Shown here in pieces: positions 58,561 through 64,000 of a stretch of 64,000 nt of DNA. The stretch lies in the IMG/VR virus record IMGVR_UViG_3300037467_000561. The stretch is one strand, 5' to 3'. The DNA is from a virus. Position numbers and translations under genes: made by a program. The notes beneath the pieces are model-generated. The model worked only from the letters and a program-made list of their open reading frames with translations, was not told the origin of the DNA and searched no databases. Positions within the stretch are counted from its first letter, which is position 1, and the number at the start of each line of letters is the position of its first letter.

Positions 58561-61445
58561 GAGAAGTAAATAGTCGTAAGATAAGTGACAGTTTTAGAGA
58601 CATTAGAAGATGTGTCAGTAACAACACAGGTCATATAAAAATCCTGCTCATCGCCGTTTAAACGACCATTCGATTCAATCGATAGCTGCGCTTGATAATT
58701 CGTAGACGACCCACCAACCCACCCACGAGAAATGCCGGACGTGCTAACGCTCCACGAATACGTATACGGCCCAGTGCCGTTGGTTGGGTTTGCGGTGTAT
58801 GTGCCACCAAAACCATTTGTAGCAGTGTGAGAGATTGTGTACGAATTAGAGCTGCTTGTAATAGTGGCACTAAATGGGGTTGCAATAATCGGGTTCTGAA
58901 TGGTGAGGGATGTGCCATCCCAGCGAATCCCTGTCCCATTTGCAACACCCAAGCTGAAAACAGCAGTGCTGCCGCTGTATCCGAGAAAGAATCCAGTGCC
59001 TGTATTATATGCGGTTTGACCTGATGCTACGTAGCCGCCTGATGCCACAGTAACGGCACCAAATGTGCCTGATGCAGATGCCAATGTTCCTGCGAACGTT
59101 GCGTTACCATTTGTTGCATCAAGGGTAAACGTAGCAACACCACTGCTGTTGTACGCCACGATGCCATTCCGGTTTATGCCAACGCCGCTGCCACTTGTAC
59201 GATTACCGGAGCCATCCCATGCGAGCGTGCCTGCCGATAAGCCTGCACCACCTGAGAGAACATTTTGTGCGTTGGATTTAAGCTTTTGGGCGAGACCATT
59301 TGTGCCGTCGTTGACGGCGTTGTAAGCTGAGTTGCCGTTGGCTGCATACGATGCCGCAAGTCCTGCTTCCATACCGCCGACGTATGTTCCTGATGGAGCG
59401 CCAACCGTTGCATTGTCGGCTGGCTTGCCGGTGCCGCCGACATCGGTCCACTGCTGCTGCTTGTTGTCGGTCGACGAATCGTAGAAGTCGAAAGCCAGGT
59501 TGTCGAAGATGCAGACCGAACCATTCGCCCAGTTACCACCCGGCATACCAGACCATGACGCCATCTGGTATATCGTCATGCCCCAAATAACTTGCCCGGC
59601 CCCCACACGTGCAATAAATGGCACGTGTTGCCAGCCCGTCACAGTTTTGTCGGGCACGATGACTTTATTGTCAACGAAACCGATGAATGACGAATCGGTG
59701 AACAAGCGGATCAGGTAGCCCGGCGAGCCACCACCATTGTTCGTGATGACGTTGATGTCGAACGAACCTTGCACGAATGTGCCCGCCGGCAAGGGTGTCG
59801 GGAAGTTGATCGCTGCAAATATACCCGTTTCCCCCGAAACCGTATATTTGACGGCATAGGGGCCGGTGCGATAGTTGGATGTCTCCTTTACCGGAGCGGT
59901 CCCCCATGCATTCCACCCGGCCGGATAGGTGCCGGTCCAGTTGGAGAACTGCGGATTGAATCCGAGCGCCGTGGCAGCGTCCGCAGCACTCACGGTTGCG
60001 TAATCGGCGGGCTTGCCGGTACCGCTCACATCCACCCACTGCTGCTGACTATTGAGCGTTCCCGGCGCAGCAGCCGAAACAGCAAGTTGCCCACCCGCAG
60101 AAAGAATAACGTTATTGCTAGAATCCCTCAGCGTCCACGATTTAGCCTCCATGTGCCCATTGCTATCAATAGACCAGTTGTTGGCAGAGTCCGAAATCGT
60201 GTCAGTGATATACAACCTGCCCATATTGCCAGTGATGGCAGAAAGATTACCCACTTTCAACGACGACCAATAAGGAATCGACCAAGTAACCTTATCCGTA
60301 GTCGGGTCATAAATACCGTCTGTTTGATAAAGATATTGTCCCGTTGACAGCGTAGGGACGGAAGCTGACCAAGTACCGGTAAGGCCGCCGCTATTCGTTG
60401 CAGGCAGGCTTGTCTTGCCAGTTGTTTGCGGAGGGGCTGTAGTGGTTGTCCCTGTTGTGGATGCGCAGTAGGCTGTGACATACGAAGCGCCAGATGCACC
60501 TGCTGCACCATTGGAGCCAGAGCCACCAACTGCAATAATTGCACTGTCAGTCCAGTTGAAACTTGTAGAGGTGTTTGTAGCAGAATCCGTAACACGAACT
60601 CGTGCAGCCCACAAGGTCATGCCCTGAGAAGGCGCCACGCCAGGATTAATTTGCCAACCCGACGGTGCAGTACCGAATGTGCCAGCATTTACACCTGTCC
60701 AGATATATGTGGCCGTTCCAGCAGGAGCAGAAGGTGCTGTGGAAGAGTCCCAACGATATACTTGAACCGTTGTAGATTGAACGCCATTCGCACCGTTGGT
60801 TCCATTATTGCCGTTTTGGGACCAAGTCATCACTGTGGCATTGGAATAGCTCACAACTGTAGAAGCAGTGCCTCCGGGCGCTGTAATCTGTACTGCTGCG
60901 GCATACAACTGGAAGCCGGATGTGCCAGGGTTAGTAGGGTTAATCTGCCACTGGTCTGTGCCAGTATACGTGCTGTTAACGCCAGTTGCCCAGGTGTAGC
61001 CCGTAGTCCCGTTAGGATTTGCAGGTTTACTTGTAGCCCACTGGTAAAGATAAACGGTGGCGTACTGATTACCTGTGGAGCCGTTAGAGCCAGTTGCACC
61101 GTCAGTCACTTTGGAGAGTGTTACGCTTGCAGTAAAAGCTTGACCGTTTACATTGATCGAAGTAGTGACAGTGCAAGACGTACCAGTCAAACTAGAATAC
61201 GCCAGAGTCGCAGTATTGTCGTGATTGTCTGTAACCGTTGCACCAGTTGCCGTAAAAGCCACTGTGCCAGCAATACCAATCAGAGCAGCCGTAATAGTGA
61301 TTGAAGAAGGCAATGCATTGCCATTAGAATCTACTTTAAATGCAGGCGCACTCGTTCCAAGAATAATCTTAGAGCCGAGTGGATTTAGCGCGCGCTGAGA
61401 ACTGCCTAACAGCAGAACGTCCCTGTCTCCAATTACTGTTGCCAT
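58557..61445 (-). CDS. tail fiber / host-specificity protein (962 aa)
   Basis: Gly/Thr/Ser/Ala-rich. Repeated modules (ATVYLYQWATS...WQINPTNPG; TTVQVYRWDSS...WQINPGVAP). Duplicated QQQW(V/T)DV(S/G)GTGKPAD(Y/N)ATV. Confidence 0.75.
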   Translation of the reverse strand: MATVIGDRDVLLLGSSQRALNPLGSKIILGTSAPAFKVDSNGNALPSSITITAALIGIAGTVAFTATGATVTDNHDNTATLAYSSLTGTSCTVTTSINVNGQAFTASVTLSKVTDGATGSNGSTGNQYATVYLYQWATSKPANPNGTTGYTWATGVNSTYTGTDQWQINPTNPGTSGFQLYAAAVQITAPGGTASTVVSYSNATVMTWSQNGNNGTNGANGVQSTTVQVYRWDSSTAPSAPAGTATYIWTGVNAGTFGTAPSGWQINPGVAPSQGMTLWAARVRVTDSATNTSTSFNWTDSAIIAVGGSGSNGAAGASGASYVTAYCASTTGTTTTAPPQTTGKTSLPATNSGGLTGTWSASVPTLSTGQYLYQTDGIYDPTTDKVTWSIPYWSSLKVGNLSAITGNMGRLYITDTISDSANNWSIDSNGHMEAKSWTLRDSSNNVILSAGGQLAVSAAAPGTLNSQQQWVDVSGTGKPADYATVSAADAATALGFNPQFSNWTGTYPAGWNAWGTAPVKETSNYRTGPYAVKYTVSGETGIFAAINFPTPLPAGTFVQGSFDINVITNNGGGSPGYLIRLFTDSSFIGFVDNKVIVPDKTVTGWQHVPFIARVGAGQVIWGMTIYQMASWSGMPGGNWANGSVCIFDNLAFDFYDSSTDNKQQQWTDVGGTGKPADNATVGAPSGTYVGGMEAGLAASYAANGNSAYNAVNDGTNGLAQKLKSNAQNVLSGGAGLSAGTLAWDGSGNRTSGSGVGINRNGIVAYNSSGVATFTLDATNGNATFAGTLASASGTFGAVTVASGGYVASGQTAYNTGTGFFLGYSGSTAVFSLGVANGTGIRWDGTSLTIQNPIIATPFSATITSSSNSYTISHTATNGFGGTYTANPTNGTGPYTYSWSVSTSGISRGWVGGSSTNYQAQLSIESNGRLNGDEQDFYMTCVVTDTSSNVSKTVTYLTTIYFS

Positions 61446-61454
61446 CTGATTCCT

Positions 61455-62936
61455 TTAAACTAAAATTTTTACTGTGATTGTGCCTTTAAACCAATCAGGA
61501 GAAAGGGAGACAATCGTTCCAGTTTTTCCGTTAGCCAAGCCAAAACGAGGATGAGTGATTGTTGCAGCACAACCAAGCGATAGCGAGCCAATCAAATCTG
61601 CTGTGCCTTCAAACTGAAACACTGTACGGGGAACACTCCACAAAGCTACACGGCGGTTCGCCTCAGTGTTTGCATCAGTTCGGCGCTTAAGCATTGTGTC
61701 GGTCTGCGGAGGTGCATCGTTCAGCTTATAATCAGCCTTAGTCTGCAAGTTGGTCGATGTGGCCGTAAGCCACTCTGTTGCGAACATCGTCTTGTGGGCA
61801 TCTGGAATACCTGTGAGAAGATTATTCTGAACAGTCCAATTCTTGTCGAACCCAAGCATCACAGATGCCTTAACAAATGGTCGTTCCGCAATAACCAGAG
61901 ACTTCTCAAGAATCTGTGCAGGGCCAATTGCCACAGGAGTGCCAGTGCCGGGAATGCTCACTTGAATAAGCTGCATAAGCCCTGCACGAGACATTACAAG
62001 ACGGGCATCAACACTTGCTGCAATGTCTTGGCAAAGTGTAAGCAGGTTAGTATTGCCATCTGCGTACACACCAATTGGCTGAGAACATTGCGTGTCAAAC
62101 TGTGCCAGATTGGTTGTATCGAGGTCAGCGCTCGTGAAGCGAGACAATGCGTTGCCATATCCTGTCACGAGTCGTTGAATAACTTTGGAGATTGTGTTAA
62201 CGTACGTAGGGTTCTTGTCACCCTGCACAGACGCCGTAATTTCTCCAGCCGAAGCCTGATTCAGCGTGAAAGTTCCTGCTGCGTTATTCACTGTAACGCT
62301 GACAGGTTGTCCGTTATCTCTGACCTCCAAGATACCTTCAATAGGTCCGTCATGTATTTGATATGTCAGAGTGTTGCCAGTGATGGGATCAACAGGTGCC
62401 AATTGCGGAGACACGTTATGGGCCTCACCAAACGTAAGGCTGACCACGTTATCCTTGTTAGTGCCTGTGCCACCAATCTTCTCATCCGTCACAGGCGAGT
62501 TGAGTTGCTGAAGCTTATCCCGGATTGTCAGCGTCAGAGTGTCCCTAGAACTGCTTGTAAGGGTTGCCACCACACCGTTGAAGATCAGTTGGAAATCACT
62601 TCGTGCCCAGCTAGGATCACCAATCCATGCTTTCACACTTCGGTTGTCCCAAACGTCATCCAACCAACTGTCTCGTTCTCCGTTGTAGTTGGCAACCTCA
62701 ATGTCACCTCCAGACATTCCACCTGTACCAGCAATATCCAGCACTTCTGTGTACTGAATACCACCAATCACGATTGGGTCGTAGTATTGATTAGCAGGGG
62801 TGTCTGTTGGAGAGGTGACGTATGGTCTAGTAGAAAGAAAACGGGTCGTTTCGGACCCGCCACTCTTTACACTAACTTCAACCAACACAATACGCGGGAC
62901 GGTAGGATTATTCAGCCATGCATCAAAATCTACCAT
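61455..62936 (-). CDS. tail tip / distal tail protein (493 aa)
   Basis: Sits between the tape measure and fiber genes. Size and position match a J-like N-terminal or hub protein. Confidence 0.55.
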   Translation of the reverse strand: MVDFDAWLNNPTVPRIVLVEVSVKSGGSETTRFLSTRPYVTSPTDTPANQYYDPIVIGGIQYTEVLDIAGTGGMSGGDIEVANYNGERDSWLDDVWDNRSVKAWIGDPSWARSDFQLIFNGVVATLTSSSRDTLTLTIRDKLQQLNSPVTDEKIGGTGTNKDNVVSLTFGEAHNVSPQLAPVDPITGNTLTYQIHDGPIEGILEVRDNGQPVSVTVNNAAGTFTLNQASAGEITASVQGDKNPTYVNTISKVIQRLVTGYGNALSRFTSADLDTTNLAQFDTQCSQPIGVYADGNTNLLTLCQDIAASVDARLVMSRAGLMQLIQVSIPGTGTPVAIGPAQILEKSLVIAERPFVKASVMLGFDKNWTVQNNLLTGIPDAHKTMFATEWLTATSTNLQTKADYKLNDAPPQTDTMLKRRTDANTEANRRVALWSVPRTVFQFEGTADLIGSLSLGCAATITHPRFGLANGKTGTIVSLSPDWFKGTITVKILV

Positions 62937-62939
62937 TTA

Positions 62940-64000
62940 TTACCTTTCTACTGTTTGGTATAGCTCGCCAGTTTTAGTCGTTGTGATAACAGCTTTAATG
63001 ACCTCGCCGATTGCCTTGCCAACAGAAGCTTGACTATCGTACGTAGCCGCAGCATTATTCTGCAATGCGTTGACGTTGTTAGCGTCACTCTGTTGAACAG
63101 TGCCTACCAAAGTTTTAAGCGTTTGCAGCAACTCGGCATTCGTAGCATTGCTGTTCGTAGCTGTGCTTGCAGGCGATGCACCATTCACCAAATTGTTCAA
63201 GCTGTTGAGAATGTCTGTGGCAGTGCCATTCAGTGTATTCAAACTTGTCAACTGATTGGTCATTGTGTCAAGCTGCTTTTGAGCGTCAGAAACACCACCA
63301 TCAGCGAAGTCCTGCACCTTAGCCAACTCGTCTTCAACCTTCTGGAAAATCGCCGTGTAAGAATCGCTACTCGCAAACATCGTACGTGCAGCGTCCAGAT
63401 AAGATTGAGCAATGTCCGTTACATGCCCTTGTGCATTCTCATCTCCAGCCATAGCCTTTTTGATTGTTGTTTCAAATTGGCTTGCTGCCGCTGCAAGTTG
63501 CTGCTGCGGAGTGAGAGGAGACGAAGCACTCAGGACAAGTCCATCGCGGAACTTGTGGATGTTGTCAGAGAATTGCTTCAGCTTGTCGATTACGCTTTGG
63601 ATAGAACTCTTTGTGGTATCATTAACTTTAGCAAGGCCGTCAATCGCAGAGCCAAACGTAGGAGCAAGAGTCATCAGTTTGTTGAACAGAGCAACACCAG
63701 AGTCAGAAGTGAGGTCAAGACTATCAACAACCAGCTTGAAGTCTTCCTTCGTTTTGACGCTAGACAGACCCATCGCTGCGAGAGAGTCCTGCACAGATTT
63801 AACCACAGGGGCAAGCTTTTCGTTGTCCGTGTAGATTGCATCTTGATAAGACTTAACAGCTTTCGTCAATGCATCCGAGCTACCAAAACTGTCCACCAGC
63901 TTTTCAGCTTGAGCAATACCGGCTGCTGCTTGTGGCATTGTCTTGCCCAACACTTTGAACACATCGTTCACTTGCATCAGATCATTGGCAACACGAGAGA
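62940..64000 (-). CDS. tape measure protein, C-terminal part (gene continues past the right edge)
   Basis: The frame stays open upstream of Met 63977 to the window end. Helical, Ala/Gln/Asp/Thr-rich low-complexity sequence in the position typical of a TMP. Confidence 0.65.
   Translation of the reverse strand, partial: SRVANDLMQVNDVFKVLGKTMPQAAAGIAQAEKLVDSFGSSDALTKAVKSYQDAIYTDNEKLAPVVKSVQDSLAAMGLSSVKTKEDFKLVVDSLDLTSDSGVALFNKLMTLAPTFGSAIDGLAKVNDTTKSSIQSVIDKLKQFSDNIHKFRDGLVLSASSPLTPQQQLAAAASQFETTIKKAMAGDENAQGHVTDIAQSYLDAARTMFASSDSYTAIFQKVEDELAKVQDFADGGVSDAQKQLDTMTNQLTSLNTLNGTATDILNSLNNLVNGASPASTATNSNATNAELLQTLKTLVGTVQQSDANNVNALQNNAAATYDSQASVGKAIGEVIKAVITTTKTGELYQTVER

Noticed and set aside
58658-61304. 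Plus-strand and out-of-frame ORFs inside the tail fiber gene (e.g. 59769-60347 +, 60426-61304 +).
   Set aside because: These are shadow ORFs in a G+C-rich gene. Their products are Arg/Cys/Pro-rich nonsense with no RBS.
1-64000. CRISPR arrays, rRNA genes, an integrase/repressor lysogeny module and transposase-type IS elements.
   Set aside because: - No regularly spaced direct repeats were seen.
- No rRNA-like sequence, tyrosine integrase, CI/Cro pair or transposase motifs were seen.
- The only recombinase is the small serine recombinase at 9416-10105.

Overview
This window is most of the non-structural half of a large (>64 kb) tailed dsDNA phage genome, flanked on both sides by late genes.

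Layout (coordinates include stop codons, as in the ORF track):
- 1-4425 (-): end of a late operon. It holds a partial gene, the terminase large subunit, a homing endonuclease, a small ORF, a 3-tRNA cluster and a 123-aa ORF.
- 4571-11514 (+): early genes, including PhoH, DUF4326, a ClpP-like protease, an HD hydrolase, a serine recombinase and an HTH+HNH cassette.
- 11515-12344: ORF-free convergent region. It contains a C-rich element and a cluster of perfect DnaA boxes.
- 12366-27969 (-): about 45 small early genes, interrupted by three (+)-strand nuclease cassettes and a G+C-rich island.
- 28130-55246 (+): replication and nucleotide metabolism. Genes are DNA ligase, SleB-like hydrolase, ThyX, primase-helicase, a pol-beta nucleotidyltransferase, family A DNA polymerase, gp2.5-like SSB, 5'-3' exonuclease, a DEDD exonuclease, MazG, NrdB, NrdA with a LAGLIDADG intein, glutaredoxin and a HAD phosphatase.
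- 55405-64000 (-): lysis cassette and tail genes, ending in a partial tape measure gene.

Transcription signals are unusually legible. There are many sigma70-type TTGACA-17 bp-TATAAT promoters, five of them perfect, and several hairpin/T-tract terminators.

Observations most worth follow-up:
1. Two diverged, inverted copies of a C-rich element sit at or near the two ends of the 15-kb minus-strand block, next to a small serine recombinase. An exact 18-bp piece of the element is repeated at 23.2 kb.
2. Five perfect DnaA boxes occur in the window, four of them within 570 bp. This looks like a DnaA-dependent origin.
3. At least 9 homing-endonuclease genes are present. Several sit in self-contained cassettes (perfect promoter, small HTH protein, nuclease), and three different nuclease types share one N-terminal repeat module.
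4. A G+C-rich island contains a terminator with a 23-nt T-tract.

Everything was done by eye. No searches or statistics were run, and all family assignments are motif-based.
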